Notes: generated by a model not told the origin, from the letters alone. A stretch of 60,290 bases of DNA from a virus (IMGVR_UViG_3300049141_000058:1-60290); one strand, 5' to 3'. Counted from the first letter of the stretch, positions 25,709 to 35,020 are shown. Translations and numbers: made by a program.

Positions 25709-26715
25709 GATGTCGCCTCCTTGGCGGTTTCGGTGAAGAGGTCGAGGAGGGGCAGGGCGGTGACCCCGAAGCCGGTCGGGCGGGAGTAGCCGGGTGCGGT
25801 GACCTCGGTCAGCCACTCCGTGCCGTCGGGCTCATCGAGGTCGGCCCGCCACAGCAGCTCCTGCGCCTCCGGGCCGCGGTGTTCGCGGCGGGCGAGGAAC
25901 TCGGCGTGCTGGCGCGCCTGCCCGGCCGTCGTGTACGCGGCGACCGTCACCAGGCCGTCCAGCACCCGGAACGCGATCGGATTCGCCGACCGCTCCGCCA
26001 ACTGCTGCTCCAGCTCGGCGATACGGTCCCGGTCCGCGTGGGCCTGCTCGTCCGCCCGTGACAGGGCCTCGTTCGTGGTGTGCCGCTCCGACTCCAACTC
26101 GGCGACGCGGTCCCTGAGCATGGCCTTCTCGTCAACCAGCTCACCTGCGCGTTTGACGAGCGCCTTCGTCGCGGACACCGCCGACCCGTAGATGCCGAAG
26201 CGGGCAACTTCAGCGGCAACTTCTCCCAGTTCCGCCTTGAGACGCTGGACCGTCGCTGCCAGCGCAGTGGCCGGACGCCATCCAGACGCGCGCAGATCCG
26301 CGATGTACCCGCGACGGACGCGCTCGCAGTCCTCGCAGTTGCGATCGCCGGGTTCATCTCCGCAGACGCCGCACATGGCACCCGCGTCGCTGAGCACCTG
26401 CACGGCGAGTTCGTCGTCGAGTGGCTGCGGCGGGTCTCCGACCGGCACCGGCAGCGCCGCCGGAGCAGCCACGACCTCCGCGGCCTGCGCCTTCTCCCAC
26501 ACGTCCTGCGCGACCGGGTCGACGTGGGTGAGGCAGATGTAAGAGCCCTCCCCCTCGACCCAGACGACGGGATCACCGCTGGCCGACACCTGGGCTGCGG
26601 TGCGCGTCTTCGTCACCAGCCGGCGGGCATCCGAGGCGTCCTCGGGGCGGAAGCCGGGATAGGCGAAAACGAGCGTGCCGACCGGGTACTTGGCGTTCCA
26701 CTGCTCGGCGTTCAC
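25705..26715 (-). CDS. mosaic hypothetical protein with coiled coil
   Basis: VNAEQWNAKYPVGT N-terminal module; RDRVAELE coiled coil. Confidence 0.75.
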   Translation of the reverse strand: MNAEQWNAKYPVGTLVFAYPGFRPEDASDARRLVTKTRTAAQVSASGDPVVWVEGEGSYICLTHVDPVAQDVWEKAQAAEVVAAPAALPVPVGDPPQPLDDELAVQVLSDAGAMCGVCGDEPGDRNCEDCERVRRGYIADLRASGWRPATALAATVQRLKAELGEVAAEVARFGIYGSAVSATKALVKRAGELVDEKAMLRDRVAELESERHTTNEALSRADEQAHADRDRIAELEQQLAERSANPIAFRVLDGLVTVAAYTTAGQARQHAEFLARREHRGPEAQELLWRADLDEPDGTEWLTEVTAPGYSRPTGFGVTALPLLDLFTETAKEATS

Positions 26716-27443
26716 GCCGCCACCTCCGCCTGCTCGCGGGCGGCGTCGTACTGGCGGATCGCCCAGGACGCTGCGTGGCACTGGTAGACGAAGTGGTAGT
26801 TCAGCTTGTCGAGGTTCCAGTCGCCGACGTCGGAGAAAGCGAAGCCGCCGATCTCGCGCACCTTGACCTTGTGGTCGCCGGTCGGCCGATGCTGGTAGAA
26901 CTCCCAGGTAACGGCCTCGTCGTAGGAGTCGTGATCCTTGTACGTGCCGCAGGTGCACTCGGCGCGGTACGCGACCCCGTGCTCGAAGTCGTAGACGAGC
27001 CGCATCGCCATGTCCTTGCTGTGCAGCCAGTCGCTGCCGAGGATCTGCTCACGGACCGCGGCCCGCAGACCGCGCGGAGCACCCTCCTTGACCGCGTCCG
27101 CCACCTCGGCCTTGACCTGGGCGACCAGACGCTCCCGGTCGTACTCGCGGACCGAGTCACGTCCGTTGACCAACTTCGACGCCCACCGGTCCGGCTCGAC
27201 ACGGATACCGCGCAGCCAGTCGAACATGTCCTCGGTGTCCTTGCCGAATCGCTCGAAGTGGTACGAGCCGTGCGAGCCCGCCACCAGCAGGTTGTACGGC
27301 CACGTCACCAGGATGATCCGGTTCCAGCCCTGCAGGGCCTTGAACTCGACGTGCCGGTAGAAGCCGTCTTCGCGGAGCTCGACCAGCTTGCCGTCCTTCA
27401 CATCGCGGGCGACATGGGCAGCAATCTCGGAGTACTCGCTCAT
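26712..27443 (-). CDS. conserved phage hypothetical protein
   Basis: LVTWPYNLLVAGSHGSYHF..DMFDWLR motif; GGAGG RBS. Confidence 0.8.
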   Translation of the reverse strand: MSEYSEIAAHVARDVKDGKLVELREDGFYRHVEFKALQGWNRIILVTWPYNLLVAGSHGSYHFERFGKDTEDMFDWLRGIRVEPDRWASKLVNGRDSVREYDRERLVAQVKAEVADAVKEGAPRGLRAAVREQILGSDWLHSKDMAMRLVYDFEHGVAYRAECTCGTYKDHDSYDEAVTWEFYQHRPTGDHKVKVREIGGFAFSDVGDWNLDKLNYHFVYQCHAASWAIRQYDAAREQAEVAA

Positions 27444-27757
27444 CCCGACACCTCCGGTGCGGTCGTGAGCGTCCAGATCTCCACGGGGATGCCAGCCACC
27501 TCGGCCGTCGCCACCGTGTAGAGCTGCGAGTTGGTCGGACTGTGCGGGCGAGTCGTCGCCTCCACGCCGAGCACGGCGGCGAGCTGCTGCACCCCGTCGG
27601 GGTCCTCGTGGAAGTTCACGTCCACGCTGGGCTCGTCGGGCTTGAAGGTGTGGCACGTGACCATGACCGACGTCGGCGGAACCGGAGACATGATGTGCAC
27701 GTGCAGAGCCACCGAGTGCGCGGCCAACAGACTCTTCCTGCGCTGGGAGTCGCTCAT
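27440..27757 (-). CDS. hypothetical phage protein
   Basis: 105 aa, coupled. Confidence 0.7.
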   Translation of the reverse strand: MSDSQRRKSLLAAHSVALHVHIMSPVPPTSVMVTCHTFKPDEPSVDVNFHEDPDGVQQLAAVLGVEATTRPHSPTNSQLYTVATAEVAGIPVEIWTLTTAPEVSG

Positions 27758-28329
27758 GCCGACACCTCATCCTGGGTGCCGACGGCGTGCCGCAGACGCA
27801 GCTCGACCTCGAACAGCTGGGCGGCCTTGACGTGGTCCGGCTCCAGCGCCTGCATCTCCCGCAGCGCGGCGACGGCCTCGGAGACGGCGGTCCGCATGGC
27901 GGTCGCGTCGGCCTCCTGCCTCTTCCGGGCGGTCTCGGCCTCGTGCAGGGGGGTGAAAACCTGCGTGCCGTACTTCGTGGCGGTCTCGCACGGCCAGCCC
28001 GTGACGGTGCCCTCCTCCCAGCAGACCGCGCACAGCCAGGCGTTCGGCTTGCCGCAGTCGTCGAAGACGGGGACGTGGAAACGGGCCGGGAGCTGCCGGT
28101 TCTCCTCCAAGGAGAAACCGGCGAGGACCTCGTAGGGCGGGTGATCCGGGGCATGCAGGAGCGTGGCCCGCTGCTGGCACTCGCCGTGCTCAACCGGCTT
28201 CCCGGCCTCGGCGAGACTGCGGCAGGTGCCACACGCGGACGGGTCCGCGGCGGCGCTCTTCGCAGCGAGGAACGCCTCGCGGTTCTTGACCCAGAACGGG
28301 TCGAGTTCGGATGAGATACTGGGAGCCAT
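27754..28329 (-). CDS. hypothetical Cys-rich phage protein
   Basis: AAGGAGG RBS; CAVC..WPCET. Confidence 0.75.
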   Translation of the reverse strand: MAPSISSELDPFWVKNREAFLAAKSAAADPSACGTCRSLAEAGKPVEHGECQQRATLLHAPDHPPYEVLAGFSLEENRQLPARFHVPVFDDCGKPNAWLCAVCWEEGTVTGWPCETATKYGTQVFTPLHEAETARKRQEADATAMRTAVSEAVAALREMQALEPDHVKAAQLFEVELRLRHAVGTQDEVSA

Positions 28330-28416
28330 GCGTGGCTCCCTCCTTTCGCTCTGGTGGGAGGGCTGATCGCATCGAGGTCGTCCCGTAGCCGCGGGGCGGC
28401 CTCTTTAGTTGCCGGA

Positions 28417-28698
28417 CTAGGCGGCGACAGCGGCCGGCTTCTTGGAGAACGGCTTGACGGTGTGGCGCTCGACGAGCGCGAGGATCTGCGCGCCGGTGAG
28501 GTAGTTGTCGCGACCGTTGAAGACGTAGTCGATCTCCCGGCGGGAGATCATGTCGGCGAGGGTGCGGCCGGAGAACGGGGTCCACTGCGCCGCCTCATAG
28601 GGCGTGTAGTGGAAGAGAAGGCCCTCGGCGGTCTGCGGGGCGGGGAGGTTTTCGCGGATCTTCGGCGTCCGCGTCCTGGTGGCCCTGGGGGCGGTCAC
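28417..28698 (-). CDS. excisionase-like HTH_17 protein
   Basis: YTPYEAAQWTPFSGRTLADMISRREI; located after the Cro-like gene. Confidence 0.7.
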   Translation of the reverse strand: MTAPRATRTRTPKIRENLPAPQTAEGLLFHYTPYEAAQWTPFSGRTLADMISRREIDYVFNGRDNYLTGAQILALVERHTVKPFSKKPAAVAA

Positions 28699-28913
28699 GG
28701 TCTCTCCTTGGGGTGATCGTCGTGGGTGATGGCGGTGTGGGGCACGCCGTACACCTCCGCGAGCTTGTGGATGTTGGCGTCGCTCAGACCGGCTTTGCCG
28801 TTCTCGACTTTGGACAGCTGGCCCTTGTCGATTCCGGTCAGCTCTTGGACTCGATCAAGGCTCAAGTTGCATGCCTTGCGAGCCGCTCGTATGGCGTAGG
28901 CGTGCGGTCTCAC
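28695..28913 (-). CDS. Cro-like XRE HTH protein (leaderless)
   Basis: IRAARKACNLSLDRVQELTGIDKGQLSKVENG; divergent from the repressor. Confidence 0.85.
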   Translation of the reverse strand: MRPHAYAIRAARKACNLSLDRVQELTGIDKGQLSKVENGKAGLSDANIHKLAEVYGVPHTAITHDDHPKERP

Positions 28914-28920
28914 GCTTGAA

Positions 28921-28987
28921 AACTTAGCCGCCAGTTGAGCGTTAGGCAAGCGCCAGACGCACGCCAATGCTCGCCAACTAAGCGCCA
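28921..28987 (-). promoter_or_regulatory. early lytic promoter overlapped by phased CGCCA repeats
   Basis: TTGCCT(28949-28944)-N17-TAAGTT(28926-28921); CGCCA at 28929, 28951, 28962, 28972 and 28983, with CGTTA at 28940. Confidence 0.65.
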
Positions 28988-29120
28988 CCTCCGGGGCGTG
29001 CGCCCCGGACTGCCCGGTAAGCCCGGTGCGCCTCATGCAACCCAAAAGCTCTGTTTGAAAGCTCAACCGCAGGTCAAAAGGCCGAGACTCAGCTAGGGGG
29101 TTGAATGGAAGTAGTGCATC

Positions 29121-29651
29121 ATGAGGGTCATGACGCCTGAGCGAGACTGGGAGAGCCTCGGCAAGGCCTATGCCGAAGCCCGCAAGGCCGCCAACCTGAC
29201 GCAGACCGACGTGGCCGAGCAGCTCCAGGTCAGCCGCACGACCATCCAGGCCATCGAGCGGGGCGCGCTTCCCAAAGGCAGCCCTTTCACCAAGGTCACC
29301 GCCACCATGCGCGCCTACGCCCGCATCCTCGGCTGGACCGAAGCCTCACCCAGCCGCATCATCGACGGCGGCGAGCCCGAACCCGCCGACCCAACCGCCA
29401 CGGCCGCCCCCGATGAGCCGCAGTCGGACCTTCCGCCGGCCATTGCCCACGAACTCCGCTCCGGCAAGCACCTCGACAGCACCGTCGTGCACCTCGGCCC
29501 TGAGAGCGACGACACGCGGATCATCGTCGTCCTGCGTGGCGCGGAGAGCCTGAGCGAGGACGAACTGGATGATCTCCTGACCAAGTGGCGCAAGACGCGC
29601 CGCCAACTTCAGGCACTGCCGGGCGAATCGGACACCCCGCAGGATTCATGA
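29121..29651 (+). CDS. immunity repressor (XRE HTH)
   Basis: EARKAANLTQTDVAEQLQVSRTTIQAIERG; divergent from cro, upstream of int; may start at 29130. Confidence 0.85.
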   Translation: MRVMTPERDWESLGKAYAEARKAANLTQTDVAEQLQVSRTTIQAIERGALPKGSPFTKVTATMRAYARILGWTEASPSRIIDGGEPEPADPTATAAPDEPQSDLPPAIAHELRSGKHLDSTVVHLGPESDDTRIIVVLRGAESLSEDELDDLLTKWRKTRRQLQALPGESDTPQDS

Positions 29652-29749
29652 CAGTTTTCGGCCCTGCATGGTCGACTGTGACTTAAAAGTGTGCTTCGAT
29701 CAGCAGACCGTCACCGAGGGGGGGCACTGCTCGGATCGGGGATGTGCGT

Positions 29750-30163
29750 ATGTGGGTCATGCACGTTGAGCGTGTAGAGAGCGACGAGTACATAGAACCC
29801 GAGATCATCGATCTCGAAGACGGCAGCGGATGCCTGTTCCGGCTGCACGAGAGCGACATCCACGAGGACGCCCCCAAGTACCTGTCCCAACTCCTCACCG
29901 ATCAGGCCCAACGGTGGGCGCCCCGCCCGCCGGGCGCGCCCCTCGGGCCGGTCATCCAGGTCACCTGGCAGCGAACCACCGCCCTGATCGACCGGTTCGC
30001 CATCGGCGTCGAGGAAAGCCCTCTGGGCATCGTCTACGAATGCCACGTCGACCTCATCAGCCAGCGGGCCGCGGACTATCTCAGCCGACTGGACACGGCG
30101 AGATCGCCGTACTGGCAGCGTGTACCCGAGGGCTACCACGACGGCGAACACGGCGCCGAGTAG
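29750..30163 (+). CDS. hypothetical protein between repressor and integrase
   Basis: 137 aa acidic ORF with coding-like GC3. Confidence 0.7.
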   Translation: MWVMHVERVESDEYIEPEIIDLEDGSGCLFRLHESDIHEDAPKYLSQLLTDQAQRWAPRPPGAPLGPVIQVTWQRTTALIDRFAIGVEESPLGIVYECHVDLISQRAADYLSRLDTARSPYWQRVPEGYHDGEHGAE

Positions 30164-30181
30164 CTGACGCAAGGGGGCACG

Positions 30182-31435
30182 ATGGCTCACGCCGAGAAGG
30201 TCTTCAAGGTCAAGAACGGCAAGAAGACCACCAAGTACACATGGCGATGCCGCTACAAGAAGCCCGACGGGTCCTGGGGAAGCGAGCCTGGCTTCCCCAC
30301 GAAGACCCTGGCTAAGGAGTGGGGCGAGCAGCAGGAAGCCGCCATCCGCGAAGGCCGCTGGATCGACCCTGAACTGTCCCGTAAGAAGTTCGGGGACTTC
30401 GTCAAGGAGTGGATGGCTGCGCAGAAGCCCCGCGGCCGGACGGAGATGAACCGGTGGGAGCGCCTGGAGTCGCACATCCTGCCGCGCTGGCGGGACACCT
30501 CACTGATCGCGATCAACTGGTTCGAGGTCGAGGCGTGGGCGCGCACCCTCACCTGCGCGCGCAGCACGACCAAGGACTGCGTGCAGTTGATGAGCCGCAT
30601 CATGAACGGTGCTGTCGACGCCCGGCATCTGCTCGTGAACCCGCTTGCCGGGCGTCGGCTCACCGGCCTGCCCGCGGACACGGCGAAGAAGAAGACGGAC
30701 GAGGAGACGGTGGCCGAGCCGGAGGTCGTCCTCCAGCTCGGCCGCCGGCTGGGCCCGGTGTACGGGCTGCACGTCGTGACCGCGGCGTGGACGGGCCTGC
30801 GCTGGGAAGAACTCGTCGGCCTGCACCGGCGCAACGCCCTGCTGGAGCGGCGTCAGAAGCATGACGGGGCTGTGTTCACGTGCCCGATCATCCGGGTGGA
30901 CGCGGAGGAGGGGGCGCTCGCCGAGTACTACAAGCGGGACGAGGACGGCAAGCGGCGCTGCTACCGGGCGCTGGAGCCTCCGAAGAACGAGAAGTCGGCG
31001 CGGGACGTGGACTTGCCGCCGTTCCTCGCGCAGCTGCTGGAGAAGCACTTGGCGGACTGGCCGCACGAGTTCGTGTTCACGACTAAGTCGGGCAAGTGGT
31101 GGTGGCGGAGCTACTGGTTCGAGGTGCTGCGGCCGGCCGCCGACGGGCGGGGCGAGCGCGAGAAGGGCCGTGGCCGGCCGCCGAGCCCGGCATGGGAGCC
31201 GATCATGCCGGGGCTGACGATGCGGGATCTGCGGCACACGCACGACACATGGCAGGAGCAGATCGACGTGCGGCCGGTGTTGGGGTACGAGCAGATGGGG
31301 CACAAGTATCCTGGCATCAAGGGCACGTACCGGCATCCGACGCCGCCGATGCGGATCGCCCGCCTGGAGGGTCTGCAGTCGCTGTACGAGCGGGCGATGG
31401 AGAACCTGGGCTGGGAGAGCATCTGGGATGGCTGA
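30182..31435 (+). CDS. int: tyrosine integrase
   Basis: TGLRWEEL (R), PKN (K), RDLRHTH, QMGH, TYRH catalytic Tyr; N-terminal arm-binding domain. Confidence 0.95.
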   Translation: MAHAEKVFKVKNGKKTTKYTWRCRYKKPDGSWGSEPGFPTKTLAKEWGEQQEAAIREGRWIDPELSRKKFGDFVKEWMAAQKPRGRTEMNRWERLESHILPRWRDTSLIAINWFEVEAWARTLTCARSTTKDCVQLMSRIMNGAVDARHLLVNPLAGRRLTGLPADTAKKKTDEETVAEPEVVLQLGRRLGPVYGLHVVTAAWTGLRWEELVGLHRRNALLERRQKHDGAVFTCPIIRVDAEEGALAEYYKRDEDGKRRCYRALEPPKNEKSARDVDLPPFLAQLLEKHLADWPHEFVFTTKSGKWWWRSYWFEVLRPAADGRGEREKGRGRPPSPAWEPIMPGLTMRDLRHTHDTWQEQIDVRPVLGYEQMGHKYPGIKGTYRHPTPPMRIARLEGLQSLYERAMENLGWESIWDG

Positions 31436-31740
31436 TCCCCCAAATATCGCCTAAACGATCAGTTGGCGATCTTCGGGGATCATGGCTCGGGGGTTGCGTC
31501 GCTGGTCACGGCGCTGTCGGCGATCCGTTCATGGTGTCTGATCACTTCAGCGATGATGAAGTTCAGGAACTTCTCGGCGAAGGCCGGGTCCAGTTTGCGA
31601 CCTGCGGTTCAAGTCTGGTCTTCGCAGTTCAGTGGCTTGCGCTCACCCTGACGGAGCACTGTGACACCCGCCAGTGCTCGTCAGTGTCACGGCAGTGCAC
31701 GGCGGTGCTCCAAGGCGTCATCCCCTAAAAGTCCCCTAAG
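31436..31740. other. attP with paired arm-type sites
   Basis: TCCCCCAAA/TCGCCTAAA (31436, 31447) and TCCCCTAAA/TCCCCTAAG (31721, 31732), each pair 11 bp apart; tandem CAGTG repeats ~31671-31710 as possible Xis sites. Confidence 0.8.
31480..31596 (-). pseudogene. 3' fragment of an actinobacterial chorismate mutase gene (att core and replacement 3' end)
   Basis: Translates KLDPAFAEKFLNFIIAEVIRHHERIADSAVTSDATPEP*; in-frame stop 5 codons upstream and no start codon. Confidence 0.8.
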
Positions 31741-31945
31741 AGATCAGTCCGTTGTTGCACGTCAGCGGGGCTAACAGGCGGCTCCCCGCCCCCGCCGCGG
31801 CGAGGTTCGGGGAGCCGCCCCAAGTGCCGGTCCCCCGTCATCGAGGGGGGGCTACTCCACTGACGACGGGGCCGGCACGTCCTATGCGGTTCGACCCTGC
31901 GCCTTGCCGGGGGCAGCGGGTCGATTCCCGAGTTCACCCCTTCGG

Positions 31946-31961
31946 GTGAACAAGTGTTCGA
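31946..31961. promoter_or_regulatory. SOS (LexA) box
   Basis: GTGAAC-AAGT-GTTCGA versus actinobacterial consensus TCGAAC-N4-GTTCGA. Confidence 0.6.
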
Positions 31962-32084
31962 TTCGTGGACACTACACGGAACCCTGCAGCAGGCACCAGG
32001 CCACCGCACGGCTGACCGTATTGAGATGATCAAGCGACAGTTTAGGTACTGACACAAGATCGCCTCGGTCAGAGCGTTTGGCGA

Positions 32085-32327
32085 GTGCCAGCTCGCCGCA
32101 ATGCCCGCCCTGATTGGGTTCGCTCCAGACAGATCGCCCTCGGCCGACGAATCGGCGACCTCCGGCGCGCCGCTGAGCTATCCCAGGATCAGCTAGCTGA
32201 TCGCATGGGGGTCGAACGACGCACAATCCAGCGCTACGAGAACGCCGTGACGGATCCCCGCTACGCCGATCTACTCCTATTAGCGCGCGCCCTGGGGGTG
32301 CGCGTTACTGACCTGCTCAACGGCTGA
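32085..32327 (+). CDS. XRE-family HTH regulator
   Basis: IGDLRRAAELSQDQLADRMGVERRTIQRYEN. Confidence 0.88.
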   Translation: MPARRNARPDWVRSRQIALGRRIGDLRRAAELSQDQLADRMGVERRTIQRYENAVTDPRYADLLLLARALGVRVTDLLNG

Positions 32328-32452
32328 CCCGGCCAACTGCCTGACCGAGGCTGTCGACGCAAAGTCAACATGATGTTGAGCGTTCACGGAAGTGCGGATG
32401 CCGCATATATCTACAGGCGAACCGTGCGCCGGCCGTGGAATCTTGCCCAACG

Positions 32453-32659
32453 TCAACCTTTGGCCTGGACTTTTACGGTCTCAGCCAGGCGCGGCGGCGT
32501 GCAGCTGCGCGAGCACTGGTGGGTGCATCGCGTGAGGGGCACCGGCGACCCAGACCCGTACCGCAGGTCATGGTTCCCGTCGCAGTAGCCGCACTCGTCG
32601 ATACTGCACGGGCCGCACACCACACCCGAGGGCGTGTCGCCCGCCGGCCGGGCCGTCAC
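32453..32659 (-). CDS. small Cys-rich protein
   Basis: CGPCSIDECGYCDG; GTGA coupling to 32656..32847. Confidence 0.45.
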   Translation of the reverse strand: MTARPAGDTPSGVVCGPCSIDECGYCDGNHDLRYGSGSPVPLTRCTHQCSRSCTPPRLAETVKVQAKG

Positions 32660-32847
32660 AGGGCTCCCCGAAGGCCAGCCGGGCTGGCGGCGGGGCACAC
32701 GTAGACGGGCCCTATGGCGAGACCGCTCGAGGCCAAGCGTTCACCGATGCGGAGCGGCTGGTGTTCGGTGCTGCCGCAGCGGCAGGCCAGGGGCTCATCC
32801 GTGGGTGAGGACTGACTTTCGAGGCCAGGGTCCGTAGGCTCGTCCAC
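32656..32847 (-). CDS. small hypothetical protein
   Basis: GTG after AAGGGAG; CRCG...YVCP. Confidence 0.5.
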   Translation of the reverse strand: MDEPTDPGLESQSSPTDEPLACRCGSTEHQPLRIGERLASSGLAIGPVYVCPAASPAGLRGAL

Positions 32848-32945
32848 GTCGACGCTCCCTTAGCAGCGTGGGCCATGCCCCCGGGCCGTGACCGCGGTCG
32901 CGGGGGTCCTGCAATTGCAGGCTACCCCGCTTGTATCGCTCTGTC

Positions 32946-32959
32946 TCGCTACGTAGCGA
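32946..32959. promoter_or_regulatory. perfect 14-bp palindrome, probable GntR operator
   Basis: TCGCTACGTAGCGA between the divergent GntR and small genes. Confidence 0.5.
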
Positions 32960-33008
32960 TACGTAGCCCGAGATGCTGACTCGTAGTGCCCTGCCTAGCG
33001 TCGCCTCC

Positions 33009-33272
33009 ATGGAAATGGACCCGGATGCCGAGATCGACCACGAGGGCCCGGTGACTCCGTACCGGCAGCTCGCGGAGATCCTGAAGGCGCGCATTGCCCG
33101 CGGCGACTGGGCTGAGGGCCGGCCGATCGCGTCCGAGACGCGGCTGGTGCAGGAGTACGGGGTCGCGAGGACGACGGTGCGGCGCGCGCTTGACGTCCTC
33201 GTTGAGGAGCGGGTCGTGTGGAAGGTCCAGGGCCGCGGCACCTACGTCGGGCAGCCGCCGAGCGAGGACTGA
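33009..33272 (+). CDS. GntR-family winged-helix protein (DNA-binding domain only)
   Basis: PYRQLAEILKARIARG..SETRLVQEYGVARTTVRRAL..QGRGTYV. Confidence 0.92.
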   Translation: MEMDPDAEIDHEGPVTPYRQLAEILKARIARGDWAEGRPIASETRLVQEYGVARTTVRRALDVLVEERVVWKVQGRGTYVGQPPSED

Positions 33273-33290
33273 TTCAGGTATCCCCTCCCC

Positions 33291-33527
33291 TTATTTGTCA
33301 CGCCACGGCGCGGTGACGGCTGGGGCGAGCTTAGCGCGGATGCGAGCGAGAGCTGCGCGCACTTCCTCGGCGCCTGGTTCGTCCCGGCTGGACCATTCCT
33401 CTTCAAGTGCGGCGCACTCCCGGTGCACGTCCCGGAGGGTGCGCAGGGCAAGTAGGCGGGCCCCGTCGGTGGCTCTGGCAGCCGCCTGCTGCAGTCGCTC
33501 GTATGCGGTCTGGCCGTCGTCTGGCAT
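33291..33527 (-). CDS. hypothetical protein
   Basis: AAGGAG RBS, 78 aa. Confidence 0.6.
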   Translation of the reverse strand: MPDDGQTAYERLQQAAARATDGARLLALRTLRDVHRECAALEEEWSSRDEPGAEEVRAALARIRAKLAPAVTAPWRDK

Positions 33528-33614
33528 GGTGCTCGCTCCTTGGCTGGGGTCTTCGCAGTGGACGGACGACGTAACTCGTAGCCGCTGTCAGACCTCGCCC
33601 GTAGGATCGGCATC

Positions 33615-33794
33615 ATGCCCACCTCTCCCCCGTCGGATGGTGCTGCTCGGTCTGCCGAGGCCCTGCAGGCGGAGATCCGCGCCCTGCTGGTGGAGACGGG
33701 CGGCTGGCTGTGGGGGCCGACGCGGGACCGGTACGAGCAGCTGCGGGACGAGTGGGTGCAGGCCGTTCGCGAGGACATCACCGCGGCGGCGTGA
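33615..33794 (+). CDS. small hypothetical protein
   Basis: MPTSPPSDGAARSAEALQAEIRALL...RDRYEQLRDEW. Confidence 0.6.
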   Translation: MPTSPPSDGAARSAEALQAEIRALLVETGGWLWGPTRDRYEQLRDEWVQAVREDITAAA

Positions 33795-34304
33795 TCACAG
33801 GTCGATGATGATGCCGAGGCTCATCAGGCGGTGGGCCATCGCCGCCTCGGTCAGCCCGCACTCCGGGGCGAGCCGGTGTACCAGGTCGGCGGCTGTGCGG
33901 ACGCCCGCCTCGGCTGCCATGCGCCGCACGGTCCCCTCCGGTGCCAGAAGCGCGGCGGCGAACCGGTTGGCCTCTGCCTCTTCCCGGTCCGTCGGCATGC
34001 TCGGCAGATGGCCGTGCGAGTAGCGGGTGACGGTGTCGAGGAGCAGTTCGCGGCTTGCGTGTAGGTGCAGGTGGCCGACGAGGTGGGCGAGGGCGAAGCG
34101 TTGTCGGGCCGGGTTCAGGTCCGAGTTAAGGCCGATCACGGTCTGACCGTCGCGGCGGAGCAGCATCCCGGACAGGTCGGCAGAGGCTGGCTGGCGCACC
34201 ACAATGGCGCCGAGCCCGACCGCCACCTTCTCCGGGTCGACGGGCAGGGCGGTCAGCTCATGCTCGGCGGCGAGGCTCCGCGCCTTCACGTCTGCCCTGG
34301 ACAC
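33795..34304 (-). CDS. ImmA/IrrE-family metallopeptidase-like protein with HExxH changed to HLVGH
   Basis: LSGML..IGLN..RQRFALAHLVGH..EAEANRFAAALL. Confidence 0.85.
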   Translation of the reverse strand: MSRADVKARSLAAEHELTALPVDPEKVAVGLGAIVVRQPASADLSGMLLRRDGQTVIGLNSDLNPARQRFALAHLVGHLHLHASRELLLDTVTRYSHGHLPSMPTDREEAEANRFAAALLAPEGTVRRMAAEAGVRTAADLVHRLAPECGLTEAAMAHRLMSLGIIIDL

Positions 34305-34476
34305 GGCTATCCCCCTTCGTAAGCGCCGTCCGGGTCCCGCCGTCGGACGGCCGCAGTGGTCAAGGTCCGGCAGTACCCGTTTCCCTGGAACCGGCTGCGC
34401 TGTGGGCGCGTGCTGCGCAGTCACGCACGGGACGCCCCTACCGCGAGGGTACGCCGCCCCGGCGTAGGATCCCGGG

Positions 34477-34710
34477 GTGGCACACACCTTCGATGACCTT
34501 GTGGCGCTGGAGCAGGCGGCCGAGGATGCGCACGCCCGCTACACGGCACCCGGCAACCTCGACCTGGACGCCGCCCGGCAGGCTTGGCTCGACGCCGCGC
34601 ACGCCTTCCAGGCCGCCGTCACCGAGTACGCGAAGGCCGAGGGCAAGCCGCGGATCGGCGTCGAGATGGCCGTGAAGAAGACCGTCCGACACGGGGAGTC
34701 GGGGAGCTGA
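34477..34710 (+). CDS. hypothetical protein
   Basis: 77 aa Ala-rich helical ORF. Confidence 0.7.
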   Translation: MAHTFDDLVALEQAAEDAHARYTAPGNLDLDAARQAWLDAAHAFQAAVTEYAKAEGKPRIGVEMAVKKTVRHGESGS

Positions 34711-34767
34711 CCAGCGGCCGGGGATAGCGGCTCAGACAAACAGCCGAATCCGTGTCACCGTCGTCTC

Positions 34768-34962
34768 ATGGACAACGTGCAGCGGGTCTATCGCAGATCA
34801 CAGAAGCGCCTCATCCCAGCTCGACCCTGCCCTGACTGCGGCACCCCCATCCGGGGCCGCTGGAAGGAACATCCCGGGTTTACGGCCGACTTCGACCCGG
34901 AAGGCAGCGTCTCTTGGCGATGCCTCAGCGAGCACTGCCTCACCGGCAGGGACGGCTTCTAA
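34768..34962 (+). CDS. small Zn-ribbon protein
   Basis: CPDCG...CLSEHC. Confidence 0.5.
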   Translation: MDNVQRVYRRSQKRLIPARPCPDCGTPIRGRWKEHPGFTADFDPEGSVSWRCLSEHCLTGRDGF

Positions 34963-35020
34963 CAGCAGTCCGCCCCGTCTGCGTGACCAGGCGGGGCGGA
35001 TCCACTCAGCGCTCTCCCGG

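Noticed and set aside
8100-28400. GC-rich intergenic hairpins (~8120, 21105, 23550, 24955, 28380) as a conserved ncRNA family
   Set aside because: They share no primary sequence beyond GC richness; most likely terminators or processing sites.
2960-31606. Recurring GCAGGTCA motif (~2960, 3217, 29069; reverse partial ~31599)
   Set aside because: It is short and also frequent in coding sequence here; enrichment cannot be shown without counting.
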